Assembly: GCA_963668675.2 (NCBI GenBank) | Contig: CAXXMB010000002.1 | Location: 864,001-928,000, forward strand | DNA length: 64,000 nt | Reading direction: 5' to 3' | Source of the DNA: an uncultured Desulfatitalea sp. | Lineage (GTDB): Bacteria; Desulfobacterota; Desulfobacteria; Desulfobacterales; Desulfosarcinaceae | Shown: positions 8,222 to 19,199 of the stretch, in pieces | Layout of the letters: every line of letters begins with the position of its first letter | Numbering within the stretch: position 1 is the first letter of the stretch | Notes under the pieces: generated by a model | What the model was told of the DNA's origin: nothing | The model's input: only the letters and a program-made list of their open reading frames with translations | The model's database searches: none | Position numbers and translations under genes: made by a program

Positions 8222-9436
8222 TCAGGCTTGCCGCTTGATGGGAATCACCTTCGCTCCTGCTTTCAATCCGTCTAAGTAATCAGCCCATGTCTGCATCATT
8301 TTCCGTCGATCTTCAATATGTGTGGTCCTGTTATAGGATCTGCCCAAAGGGTCCCTGACATTGTGCGCAAGCTGATGCTCGATGAGATCAACACGCATAT
8401 GCAACACCTCATCCAACATAGTACGAGCCATAGCCCGGAATCCATGGCCGGTCATTTCGTTTTTTTCGAAACCCATCCGGCGAAGGGCAGCGAGAACTGC
8501 GTTATTGCTCATTGGACGTTTGGCTGTCCGGGCGCTGGGGAACACATAACGACCAGCACCGGTTAGTGAGTTCAGCTCTTTGAGTATTTCAACGGATTGT
8601 CTGGCCAAAGGCACAATATGAGGTTCGCGGGTCTTCATCTTTTCCGCCGGAATATTCCACTCTGCGGCTTCAACATCGATTTCAGCCCATTCAGCTTGTC
8701 GCAATTCGCCAGGGCGGACAAACAACAACGGTGCGAGCTTCAATGCGCACTTGGTAACAAAGCTGCCTTGATAATCATCGATTGCTCTTAACAATCCAGC
8801 AACCTTGTCAGGCTCTGTGATAGCTGAAAAATGGCTTTCTTTTGCCGGTGGCAACGCGCCCCTAAGATCTGATGCCGGATCCCTTTCAGCTCTACCTGTG
8901 GCGACGGCATAGCGGAAAATTTGACTGCAATTGGTCCTTGCTCTATGCGCTGTATCAAGAGCTCCTCTTGATTCAATTCTGCGAAGCACCATTAGCAGCT
9001 CTGGCGGTTTGATATCGGCTATTGGCCGATCACCGATATATGGAAAAACGTCCTTTTCAAGCCGATTCTTTATCTTGATCGAGTGGTTCGGCGCCCAATT
9101 CACGCTGAACTTGCCAAACCATTCCTGGGCAACAAACTTGAAAGTCGTTTCATTTTGAACCTTAGTTTTTTTCTTTGTCTTGCGCGCCTCGCTCGGGTCG
9201 ATACCCTCGGCAACCTGAGTACGGGCAGCTTCCCTTTTCTCCCGAGCTTTTGAAAGACTGATCTCGGGGTAAGTGCCGAAAGACAGCAACTTTTCTTTAC
9301 CCCCGAATCTATATTTGAAGCGCCATCCCTTTCCGCCAGCAGGTGTGATCAGCAGGTACAACCCTCTGCCATCAAAAATCTTTATTGGTTTGTCGCTCGG
9401 TTTTGCATTTCGGATCTTGGTATCGGTAAGTGCCAT
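8222..9436 (-). CDS. P4-family tyrosine integrase with N-terminal arm-binding domain
   Basis: MALTDTKIRNAKP...DGRGLYL; catalytic VRPGEL, MK, HGFR, LAH, SY; RBS GGAGG. Confidence 0.95.
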   Translation of the reverse strand: MALTDTKIRNAKPSDKPIKIFDGRGLYLLITPAGGKGWRFKYRFGGKEKLLSFGTYPEISLSKAREKREAARTQVAEGIDPSEARKTKKKTKVQNETTFKFVAQEWFGKFSVNWAPNHSIKIKNRLEKDVFPYIGDRPIADIKPPELLMVLRRIESRGALDTAHRARTNCSQIFRYAVATGRAERDPASDLRGALPPAKESHFSAITEPDKVAGLLRAIDDYQGSFVTKCALKLAPLLFVRPGELRQAEWAEIDVEAAEWNIPAEKMKTREPHIVPLARQSVEILKELNSLTGAGRYVFPSARTAKRPMSNNAVLAALRRMGFEKNEMTGHGFRAMARTMLDEVLHMRVDLIEHQLAHNVRDPLGRSYNRTTHIEDRRKMMQTWADYLDGLKAGAKVIPIKRQA

Positions 9437-9453
9437 CGGTGGCCTCCGCTGCT

Positions 9454-9516
9454 TTGGGGGTACTTTTTTGGCAAAATCTTTAATAATCGCCCCAAGTACC
9501 CCAAAAGTACCCCCAA
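9454..9516. repeat. Putative integrase arm-type binding sites
   Basis: TTGGGGGTACTT (9454-9465) inverted to tandem AAGTACCCCAA (9494-9504) and AAGTACCCCCAA (9505-9516). Confidence 0.65.
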
Positions 9517-9625
9517 CAGATTCGGATGTCAATGGATTCAACTGGACGTGTATGGATATAAAAATGGAAAAGGCCCTTATTTTTAAAGCCTTTTATTCTT
9601 TAGCAGATATCGCTGGATTTTCGTT

Positions 9626-9701
9626 TGGTGGAGATGAGGGGGATCGAACCCCTGACCTCAGCGTTGCGAACGCTGCGCTCTCCCAACTGAGCTACATCCC
9701 C
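9626..9701 (-). tRNA. tRNA-Ala (anticodon CGC)
   Basis: GGGGATGTAGCTCAGTTGGGAGAGCGCAGCGTT-CGC-AACGCTGAGGTCAGGGGTTCGATCCCCCTCATCTCCACCA; 76 nt, CCA encoded. Confidence 0.97.
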
Positions 9702-9781
9702 TGAGTGTGTTGGTGTTGCCGTTCATAACAAATCATCCGCGCTGAAACAACCAATATTTCAACTGCATCGGCAGTAGGGTA

Positions 9782-12646
9782 TCAAGTCGACAGTTCGGCC
9801 TTTCGAACTGCCTCCCACACCATCTCGACCGGATGGCGGACGGGCAGTCGGCCCATATGCTCCATCTGCATCTGGCAGGTGGGGCAATCGGTGATGCCGA
9901 CATCGGCGCCTGAGGCGTTGAGCCGTTGGATCATGGGGGTACCGATCGTTCGGCTCAGTTCGTAGTTGCTGCGGATTATGCCCCAGCTGCCGGCAATGCC
10001 GCAGCAGTTGCTTTGAAGATCTTCAAGCTGCACACCTTTCAAGGAGCCAAGCAGTTCAAGGCTGCTGCGGCTCTCCGGTTGGATGCGCAGATGGCAGGGG
10101 TGATGATAGGCCAGTTTCACTGCAAGCGGTGCGGCCGCCAAACGGTCGGCATGCTCACCGATCAATCGGGAGATGTGGATCGTTTTGGCACTCACCTTTC
10201 GGGCGGTGGAGCGGTCCAGCAGGTAGGACCAATCCTGCATGAGGGCATAGCCGCAGGAGGAGCAGGTCACCACGATCCAGTCGATGTCAGCCAGCAGATC
10301 GTGCCAGCCGGCGAGATTGCGCCGGACAGCCCGCCTGGCCGATGTTACCAAGCCCTTTGAGAGCTGGGGCAGGCCGCAGCACGCCTGCGACGGCAGGTGC
10401 ACCTTCATTCCCATGCGGTGCAGCAGGTCCATCGTGGCGATCCCCAGCTCGGGGCGAATATATCCGGCATAGCAACCGGCGTAATAGAGCACGCGCGGCC
10501 CCTCGCCGGGAAGTAGAGCGGGGACGCGCTGGTAAAGAGAGCGACGGTCGAACAGCACCATCTCCCGTTGGGGCGCCAGGCCGGCCACGCGCATGGCGAT
10601 CTTGCCGGCATAGGGGATGCGCAACCCCGCCTTGATCACCGGCGCCAAACGGTGGGTCGTCCTGGCCATCAACTCAACGTGGGCGGTGATCCGATCCGGA
10701 TAGTGCGCGCCGAATCGGCGCGCATACTGGGCTTTGGCCTCCATGGCGAGTTTTGGGATGTTGACGTTGGAGGGACATTCGATGTAGCAGCTGCCGCAGT
10801 TGACGCACTGGGCCATGACGTGCTGCAACGCAGACCGGTAGAGCGTCTTCAACGGCAGCGCCCCGCTGATCAACGCCCGCAGGGCATTGGCCTTGGCTTT
10901 GGGGGTGGCCGCTTCATCCCGGGTCACTTTGTAGACCGGGCACATACGGGTGGCGGCCGTCACGGTTGTGCATTTGGAGCAGCCATGGCAACGCTCAGCC
11001 TCCTCGACAAAGGTGTCGTGCCATTGCAGACGCAGCCGGTCGAAGGGCTGGCTGTGGTAATCGCCCCCATACCTCAAGTGGCGGGCCATCTGGCCGGGAT
11101 CGTCGTAGGTCTTGATCTCCGGATTGAGAACGGTTTGGGGATCGAGAAGCTGTTTGGTGCGAACAAACAGGTCATAGATATCCGGATACTTCCGCTGGAC
11201 GTAGGCGCTGCGCAGGCGGCCGTCGCCATGCTCCCCCGAAACCGTTCCGCCCAGGCCGTCGACCAGCTCGTAGATACCATCGGCGATCGGTTGAAGCAGC
11301 GCCACGTCGTCAGGATCTTTCAGATCGAGCAGCGGCCGGGTGTGCATCAATCCCTTGGCGATGTGGCCGTAGATGACAAAGGAGACCCCCAGCCGCTCGA
11401 AGAGGGAGTAGATACCGGCGAAATAGTCGGTCAGACGCGCGACCGGCACGGCCGCATCCTCGACCAGGGCCAGGATCTTGCGGCGCCCCTTGAGCTTGTA
11501 TAGCGTGGGCACGGCCGCCTTGCGCAAGGCCCAGAAGCGCTCCTTCTCTTCGCCCGACACCGCCTCGTAGGCGCGGTCGGTCAACCCCTGGGACTCAAGG
11601 TGGCGACGAAGGGTTTCAGCCTGGCCGGCAGACGCCTCGGCCGAAGCGCCGTCGAATTCGATGAGCAGCACATTGTCCACATCCGCAGGAATTCGATCCC
11701 TGAGGGTCTCATCCGACGCGCGGGCCAACCGCAGGAGCGATTTGTCCATGATCTCGATACCCGACGGGGCCAGTGTCATGGCGTACTGCACGGCCCTGGC
11801 CGCGTTGAGGATATCGTCGAAAAAGGCCACCACAAGGCTGTCAGCCGCCGGCCGGTCGATGAGGCGAAAACGCAGTCGCGTCGCAAGCGCCAGGGTGCCT
11901 TCAGCGCCGCACAGCAGGCGATGCAGCCGCAAACGCCCCTCCTGCACCAGCCCTCGCAAGTTGTAACCGGCCACGTTGCAGGCGATCCCCGGATAGGCAT
12001 TCTCGATGGTTTCGCTGTAACTTCCATAAAGCCTCGACAGCTGTGACAGGTGGCGCGGCAATTGGTCGGGTTCGGCGGACTGGATCTCGCCCAGGGAGGC
12101 CGTTGAACCGTCTGCGAAAACCAATTCGGCATCCAGCAAATAGTCGACCACATTCCCGTATTTGACCGAATGGGCGCCGCTGGCATTGGTGGCGCACATG
12201 CCGCCGAAGGTCGCATACTCACCGCTCGACGGATCGGGCGGGAAAAAGCGCCGCTTCCCCCTGAGGGCCGCCTCCAGCTCTCCGAATCGCAGCCCCGGCT
12301 CGCACTCGAAACTGCCCTGGCGCATGTCCAGATCGAGCAGGCGATTCATAAACCTGGTGAAATCGACCACCAGGCCATTGCCGACCGCCGAACCGCACAG
12401 CCCGCTGCCGGCGCCGCGCGGATGGAGATGCAGGCCATTTCGGATGGCGAACTTTACCGTGGTTTGAACGTCCTGGGTGCACCTGGGATAGACCACAGCG
12501 GCGGGCATTTTCTGAAAAATGCTGGCGTCGGTCGAGAGAAGGTAGCGCCGCAGCGGATCGGCATGCACCTCGCCTTGTATCTGATCGGCCAGCTCTTTAA
12601 AGGGTTGCTTGGTTTTAGTGTTTGTTTTCATTTCCACCCGGTTCAT
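9782..12646 (-). CDS. FAD-linked 2-hydroxyacid dehydrogenase fused to 4Fe-4S and CCG domains (GlcD/GlcF-like)
   Basis: PRGAGSGL, PDPSS, GAEGTL, SGEHGDG, CHGCSKC, CVNCGSC, CCG motifs. Confidence 0.9.
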   Translation of the reverse strand: MNRVEMKTNTKTKQPFKELADQIQGEVHADPLRRYLLSTDASIFQKMPAAVVYPRCTQDVQTTVKFAIRNGLHLHPRGAGSGLCGSAVGNGLVVDFTRFMNRLLDLDMRQGSFECEPGLRFGELEAALRGKRRFFPPDPSSGEYATFGGMCATNASGAHSVKYGNVVDYLLDAELVFADGSTASLGEIQSAEPDQLPRHLSQLSRLYGSYSETIENAYPGIACNVAGYNLRGLVQEGRLRLHRLLCGAEGTLALATRLRFRLIDRPAADSLVVAFFDDILNAARAVQYAMTLAPSGIEIMDKSLLRLARASDETLRDRIPADVDNVLLIEFDGASAEASAGQAETLRRHLESQGLTDRAYEAVSGEEKERFWALRKAAVPTLYKLKGRRKILALVEDAAVPVARLTDYFAGIYSLFERLGVSFVIYGHIAKGLMHTRPLLDLKDPDDVALLQPIADGIYELVDGLGGTVSGEHGDGRLRSAYVQRKYPDIYDLFVRTKQLLDPQTVLNPEIKTYDDPGQMARHLRYGGDYHSQPFDRLRLQWHDTFVEEAERCHGCSKCTTVTAATRMCPVYKVTRDEAATPKAKANALRALISGALPLKTLYRSALQHVMAQCVNCGSCYIECPSNVNIPKLAMEAKAQYARRFGAHYPDRITAHVELMARTTHRLAPVIKAGLRIPYAGKIAMRVAGLAPQREMVLFDRRSLYQRVPALLPGEGPRVLYYAGCYAGYIRPELGIATMDLLHRMGMKVHLPSQACCGLPQLSKGLVTSARRAVRRNLAGWHDLLADIDWIVVTCSSCGYALMQDWSYLLDRSTARKVSAKTIHISRLIGEHADRLAAAPLAVKLAYHHPCHLRIQPESRSSLELLGSLKGVQLEDLQSNCCGIAGSWGIIRSNYELSRTIGTPMIQRLNASGADVGITDCPTCQMQMEHMGRLPVRHPVEMVWEAVRKAELST

Positions 12647-12722
12647 GCTCGCGTAGATCCACTTGCGATCTGATCTTTTCCGATGGGGTATGCCAACAGA
12701 GTATTAAATGGGAACATCGCCA

Positions 12723-13964
12723 TCATATATCACTTTTACGAACCAGTACACTGGCATTGGGAACCACCGCCAGGGATCCCTGGTGATCGCTAACGATCTT
12801 TTTGGCGGCGTCAACGCAGATGAGCGTGACGCCGATCTTGTCGGCCACCTCCGGCGCCAGGCCGGACACCAGGGAGATGCCGATCCGCCGCACTTTCTCC
12901 ATCATGGCCAGGGCCGTTCCCCCATTGCCCGCATAGCGATCGGCAAGCCGGTCGAAGGCCGCGTGCCACCCTCCCATATCGAACCAGGGCAGAAAGGTCT
13001 CCGAACCGACACCGTCACTGCATCCGGCTAAAAGAATCAGGCGGCCGCCGTCGCGCACGAAGGCCGCCGCATGGTGAATCGCCTTATGACTTTGGATCAA
13101 GTTGATATCTTTTGGAAAACCGCCGCAAGAGGCCAGAACGAGATCGTACGGATCGCCTTCAATGGCAGCATTGCGCTGGTGCTGTTCGCAGGCCGCCGGA
13201 AAGTGGTCGCCGCCCTGGCCGACCAGCAGGTCGCACACCCGGCCGTGGCTGTCCAGGATGCCGTGAATGGCGATGTCCGCAGGGCGAAAAGTTTCGACCT
13301 CCGCCAAATCTTCGGCCAGCGGATTGCCTGTGAGCACACCCGGCTGGCAGGCGGTGGCCAGCTGACGCCCAATTCGATCGAGAAAGAGGCCGTGATTGTA
13401 ATAGATGGCGCGCTGCTCGCCGAGCCCGGGAAAGATCAGTTTGCGCCCGCCACCGAATCCGGCAAAGTAGTGGTGCGAGATGGCGCCGATGGTGATCAGG
13501 CATGTGGCGGCCATGATATCTTTGCGCATGCGCACCGGTGTTCCCCGGCGGGTTCGCCCCAACTCGACGAAGGCACCGGCATCATCGCAGCGATGGTGCA
13601 CCCAGCGATAGGCATCGAAGACCGGTCCGTAGATCCTTCGGCATGCTTCGATGCTCTGGGGAGGGTGTGTTCCGTAGGCGATGAATAGCGTGATATGCTC
13701 CGGCGATGCCCCGCTGGCCACCAGGTGGTCCAACAGTACCGGCAGATAGTGCTGGTACTCGCAGAGCCTGGTTTTGTCCGCCACTACCACGGCCGGCTTC
13801 CGGAGGTCGAGGGGCTCTGACCGCAGGCGCTCGACCAGGCGCTGCTGGAAGAGGGGCACATCGATCACCGGTTCAGGATCGGGGCGCTTTAGAATCACCG
13901 GCGTCTGCTTGAAATCCCATCGGATGGTGCCATTGTGGTAGGCCAGATCCAGGGAGAGTGGCAT
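12723..13964 (-). CDS. LarA-superfamily (nickel-pincer) lactate racemase/2-hydroxyacid epimerase
   Basis: DKTR, GTH, HYFAGFGGGRKLIFPG, GGFPKDINLIQSHK. Confidence 0.85.
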   Translation of the reverse strand: MPLSLDLAYHNGTIRWDFKQTPVILKRPDPEPVIDVPLFQQRLVERLRSEPLDLRKPAVVVADKTRLCEYQHYLPVLLDHLVASGASPEHITLFIAYGTHPPQSIEACRRIYGPVFDAYRWVHHRCDDAGAFVELGRTRRGTPVRMRKDIMAATCLITIGAISHHYFAGFGGGRKLIFPGLGEQRAIYYNHGLFLDRIGRQLATACQPGVLTGNPLAEDLAEVETFRPADIAIHGILDSHGRVCDLLVGQGGDHFPAACEQHQRNAAIEGDPYDLVLASCGGFPKDINLIQSHKAIHHAAAFVRDGGRLILLAGCSDGVGSETFLPWFDMGGWHAAFDRLADRYAGNGGTALAMMEKVRRIGISLVSGLAPEVADKIGVTLICVDAAKKIVSDHQGSLAVVPNASVLVRKSDI

Positions 13965-14124
13965 CGATCACCTCTTTGCGGTAGACGGTCCGGATAGCTT
14001 AGCGTTGCAGATGAAAAACATCAAGCGATCGTTGACACGCCTTCCCTGCCGAGGCTACCCTTGATTCTAGGATATGAAAGCCTTATCTTTTTGCACAAAA
14101 AAAATAAAGGGGGGTCCCAGATAA

Positions 14125-14472
14125 ATGATTGTCGCAAACGAAAAAGAGGTCACCGCAACCACAATAGAGAGCCCGGAAGTAAACGCCGCTGCCATCAAAG
14201 CGCTCATCGGCCCCGAACAGGGCTGGGGAGACCATGTGCTGCGGGTCATCGAGCTGGATGAAAAGGGCTACTCGCCCGCCCATGCCCACCCCTGGCCGCA
14301 CATCAACTATATGCTCGAGGGCAAAGGGGTCCTGGTCATGGAGGGAGCGGAGCACCCCGTGGAGGCCGGTTCCTATGCATATGTGCCGGCCGGCACCCAT
14401 CATCAATTCAGAAACACAGGTACGGAAACATTTCGTTTCATCTGCATTGTGCCCAAGGAGGGGCATCAATAG
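14125..14472 (+). CDS. Cupin-domain protein
   Basis: PAHAHPWPH...VPAGTHHQFRNTG. Confidence 0.9.
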   Translation: MIVANEKEVTATTIESPEVNAAAIKALIGPEQGWGDHVLRVIELDEKGYSPAHAHPWPHINYMLEGKGVLVMEGAEHPVEAGSYAYVPAGTHHQFRNTGTETFRFICIVPKEGHQ

Positions 14473-14483
14473 AGGAGGTCAAC

Positions 14484-14684
14484 ATGACTGCAAAACGGCA
14501 GTTTCAATGCGAGCAATGTGACGGGAAGAGGGAAGCAAACGCCGGCGATGCGGCACCCGATTGCTGCGGCAAGCCAATGAACGAAGTCAAGGAACAACTG
14601 GACCAGTGCACTACGTCCAGCACCGCCGAGCACTCCCGCTTCGACGACATGGGAGAGCCCTGTGACGACGGAAGAGCCGGTTAA
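14484..14684 (+). CDS. Small Cys-rich metal-binding protein (desulforedoxin-like motif)
   Basis: CEQC...PDCCGKPM; RBS GAGGAGG. Confidence 0.75.
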   Translation: MTAKRQFQCEQCDGKREANAGDAAPDCCGKPMNEVKEQLDQCTTSSTAEHSRFDDMGEPCDDGRAG

Positions 14685-14755
14685 TAACGAAAAGAAAAGG
14701 CAGCGCCGAATCTAATCGGCAGCATGCCTCAACTTTAAACTTAAAACTTTCCACT

Positions 14756-14913
14756 CAATGTCATTAACTTAAGGCTCTTCAGCTACCGATCCGGGCGGGC
14801 ATAAAGCCCGCCCCTACACGGTTCTGATATGGTAACAGAATGTGTTTCTACTCAAACGTCGTAGGGGCGGGCTTTATGCCCGCCCGTTACATCCGCTTAA
14901 GTTGATGACATTG
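14756..14913. mobile_element. 158-bp MITE with 18-bp TIRs and 10-bp TSD, enclosing an inverted REP pair
   Basis: CAATGTCATTAACTTAAG / CTTAAGTTGATGACATTG; ACTTTCCACT at 14746-14755 and 14914-14923. Confidence 0.8.
14793..14885. repeat. Inverted GTAG-type REP doublet
   Basis: GGGCGGGCATAAAGCCCGCCCCTAC (14793-14817) and its exact reverse complement (14861-14885). Confidence 0.85.
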
Positions 14914-14949
14914 ACTTTCCACTTTAAGTTCCCCCGCGAAGCGGGGGGA

Positions 14950-16341
<1,392 letters not shown>

Positions 16342-16344
16342 TTT

Positions 16345-17859
16345 CTATCTCCCGTTGAAGTCGGCGGGAATGGGGAGGACGATGCTGAACGCCGTCCCCT
16401 GCCCCGGTGTACTCTCCACCCGGATGTCACCGCCGTGATTCTTGATGATCCCATAGCTGACCGACAGGCCCAGCCCGGTCCCTTGACCGGTAGGCTTGGT
16501 GGTGAAAAAGGGGTCGAAAATGCGCGCCATGTCCCTGGACTGGATCCCCGGCCCGTCATCGTGGACCCGGACAACCGCCTTCTGGCCATTGTCGGACATG
16601 CCTGTGGTAACCGTAATCTCTCCCCGGCCGCCAACGGCATAGATGGCATTCATCAGCAAATTGATCAACACCTGGGATATCTTCTTTTCGTCCATCAGCA
16701 GTGGGCCGACCCGCCGGTCATAGTTGGCCCGTATCTCGATGCCGTCAAGTTTAGAGTGCTGCCGGATAAAGTGGAGCACATCCTCGACCACCGCATGGAT
16801 ATCATGCAGCTCCTTCTTGGGAGACGACGTCCTTGCGAAATTGAGAAGATCTTCTACAATGGACTTGCAGTGGCGAACCTGCTTCTCAATGGTTTTCAGA
16901 TCGGCGGCCCGATCCGACCCCTCCAGCTCGTTACGCAGCATCAACTGGGTGTAGCCCAGGATGATGCCCAGGGGGTTGTTGATCTCGTGGGCGATACCGG
17001 AAGACAATTCTCCGATGGAAGCCAGTTTGTCGGCCTGTGCCATCTGCTCGCGCATCATGCGCTGCTGCTCGATGTCCTTGACCAGGAAGTGGATTGTTCC
17101 CCCCTCCTCTTCCGAGGACTCCCCCTCAAGCCCGCCACTGAGCAACACGCGCTTGCGGTTTCCGTTGGGTGACTTCAAATCGACCTCGGCGCTGGAGATG
17201 AACCCTTTGCGATCGATACCGCGCCACAACGCTTGCCACTCTTGCGGCTCCTGGAAGAAAGATGAGAAGTGATACTCGGACAGGTTCTCCGGGCGATGCT
17301 CCAGGCCGAGCATCTCCAACCCTGCCGGATTGACGTCCAGAAGATGGCCATCCCTGCCGGTGACGAGAATCATATCCTTGGACCCTTCGAAAATGCGGCG
17401 ATATTGATGTTCGGACATGGCCAACGCCCGGGTGCGCTCTTCGACCAACTGCTCCAAGTTCTGGTTGAGGTAGATCAACTCCTGGTGGGTCGACTCCAAT
17501 CGCTGCCGATCCCTGACAATCCCCTGATAGATGGTCCAGGTGCGCTCGAAAAAGAGCGTCACCGAACCGACCACCATGAAAGAGAAGGTGTTGATGGCGC
17601 CGCTGTAAGGACGAATCGACTCCCAATACACCTGATGCCCCATGAGAATCAGCGCCTGCTTCAAAATATGGCCGGCGGAGCGGGAGACAGCAAACACCAT
17701 CAAGGCGTAACAGACCCACATCAGGTAGGTCCAGACAATGTTGTGGGGTTCTTTGCGCCGCAGTTGGAGCGCCGAGTAGAGCGACCCCACAGAGAGCAGG
17801 ATCATCAGGATCGACCCGCCGACATCCACACACCATATGGGCATGAACGGCAGGGTCAT
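16345..17859 (-). CDS. Membrane PAS sensor histidine kinase
   Basis: TM helices, PAS, AHEINNPL, N/G boxes; start overlaps the upstream stop (ATGA). Confidence 0.92.
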   Translation of the reverse strand: MTLPFMPIWCVDVGGSILMILLSVGSLYSALQLRRKEPHNIVWTYLMWVCYALMVFAVSRSAGHILKQALILMGHQVYWESIRPYSGAINTFSFMVVGSVTLFFERTWTIYQGIVRDRQRLESTHQELIYLNQNLEQLVEERTRALAMSEHQYRRIFEGSKDMILVTGRDGHLLDVNPAGLEMLGLEHRPENLSEYHFSSFFQEPQEWQALWRGIDRKGFISSAEVDLKSPNGNRKRVLLSGGLEGESSEEEGGTIHFLVKDIEQQRMMREQMAQADKLASIGELSSGIAHEINNPLGIILGYTQLMLRNELEGSDRAADLKTIEKQVRHCKSIVEDLLNFARTSSPKKELHDIHAVVEDVLHFIRQHSKLDGIEIRANYDRRVGPLLMDEKKISQVLINLLMNAIYAVGGRGEITVTTGMSDNGQKAVVRVHDDGPGIQSRDMARIFDPFFTTKPTGQGTGLGLSVSYGIIKNHGGDIRVESTPGQGTAFSIVLPIPADFNGR

Positions 17860-18332
17860 GGCGTGGCACCTTTCGACGGGCCCTGGGGCGCCGCGCTGGT
17901 CAACCGCCGCAGCCCCATGAAGAGAAACACCACGGCCGGAACGCAAAACAGATGGTCCAGTTTGCCCAGATAGTATACGACCCCGATCCAGCTCCAGTTC
18001 TCAGGCGTCTCGATCCGCATCTGCCACCGACCAGGACGGCTGATGCTCAAAACATCCACCTGCTCCTCGAGCAGATGGACGATAAAGGCATCCAGGTTCC
18101 AGAGGATGAAAAAGAGGGCCGCATACTGGATCAAGCGCCAGCCGCCCTGATCGATCAGGCGCCGGCGGCGCAACCAGTAGATCAACAACCCCATGGCAAA
18201 CATGAAAAAAAGGTGGGCCATCTGATGGGCGTAGAGCCCTTCGGGGCCAGCGTGTCCCTGGGTCGCGGCGGCAGCGGATGGAAGCGCCAGCAACAGCAGA
18301 ATAGTGACGAAAACCGCTTTCATAACAAGCAA
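17856..18332 (-). CDS. Hypothetical membrane protein, translationally coupled to the kinase
   Basis: Signal peptide plus TM helices with His residues (HQMAH, LDH). Confidence 0.75.
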   Translation of the reverse strand: MLVMKAVFVTILLLLALPSAAAATQGHAGPEGLYAHQMAHLFFMFAMGLLIYWLRRRRLIDQGGWRLIQYAALFFILWNLDAFIVHLLEEQVDVLSISRPGRWQMRIETPENWSWIGVVYYLGKLDHLFCVPAVVFLFMGLRRLTSAAPQGPSKGATP

Positions 18333-18499
18333 CCGAATGAGATTTCACGGGCCCAAGGGCCGTCAAGGTTAGTGCGCCTGGCGTTGAGAGGCACGCCTTG
18401 AAAAACGTACCACAGGCGCCGCTGTGCTTACAAGGTCGGCATCACTGCAAGGCTCGGGAAGTGTCACATAGAATCGCTTGAGAGGGCAGTCGCGCTTCC

Positions 18500-19120
18500 C
18501 TATCCCGCTGGTCGTGTCGATTTGGGTGCGAGTTCGGGCAGACGCACCATTCGGTCGCCCTCATTGGTGTCATACTCCGCCAGGATACGGGCCATGTAAC
18601 GAAAGAAGGGCAGCTTGGACTTGACCTTGCCGAACAGGATGTACATGAGAATATAGATGGGAATGGCGGTGAACAAGTATCCCACCGACTCACCGACCAG
18701 CGGCAGACGCAACGGCAGCTCGAAGGCCACCTCGGAAAAGCGGGTCTGCATCCAGGCCAATGCAAACGGTACCGGCCACAAGGAGGAGATGCTCATGGCG
18801 ATTTGGGAAAAGAAAACCTTGCCGAACGCTTCGTTGGCCTCCTTGTTGCAGAGCTTATAGGCTTTTTTGTCTTTGACGATCAGTGCTTTGACCGACAGGT
18901 TGTGCATGTGCACCATCTCCTGATTGTCCCTGTCGATGGTACGCCGGTTCCACAGAAAGGTCGTTGCCAGGGTCAACTGGCCGATCACCACACAGAACAG
19001 GCAGAGAACCCCCGTTCCGAAATAGTACCCGAGGATAGAACTATCCACGAGGCGATAGAAAAAAATCAGGAAACGATCGGTCCAAAAGTAAAGGGTTGTC
19101 CAAATTTCCATGCGTTTCAC
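18500..19120 (-). CDS. Hypothetical membrane protein
   Basis: Three hydrophobic segments, co-oriented after the TauE gene. Confidence 0.75.
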   Translation of the reverse strand: MKRMEIWTTLYFWTDRFLIFFYRLVDSSILGYYFGTGVLCLFCVVIGQLTLATTFLWNRRTIDRDNQEMVHMHNLSVKALIVKDKKAYKLCNKEANEAFGKVFFSQIAMSISSLWPVPFALAWMQTRFSEVAFELPLRLPLVGESVGYLFTAIPIYILMYILFGKVKSKLPFFRYMARILAEYDTNEGDRMVRLPELAPKSTRPAG

Positions 19121-19199
19121 CGGTTATGGGGTTGCCCCCGCGCTGCCCTTTGCGGGCAGCATGGGGGAAAGGGCAATGCGTCATATGCTCAAACCGCGT

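Larger units (their letters stand above)
1..9625. mobile_element. tRNA-Ala-targeted integrative element / phage-satellite-like island; left boundary not in window
   Basis: P4-type integrase next to the tRNA 3' end, AlpA, visibly AT-richer than the DNA after 9.7 kb. No duplicated tRNA 3' end (second att) seen in the window. Confidence 0.75.

Noticed and set aside
9437..9541. N-terminal extension of the integrase ORF
   Set aside because: Runs through the arm-type repeats; RBS and family N-terminus support the start at 9436.
9273..9704. 143-aa plus-strand ORF
   Set aside because: Antisense to the integrase start and the tRNA; artefact.
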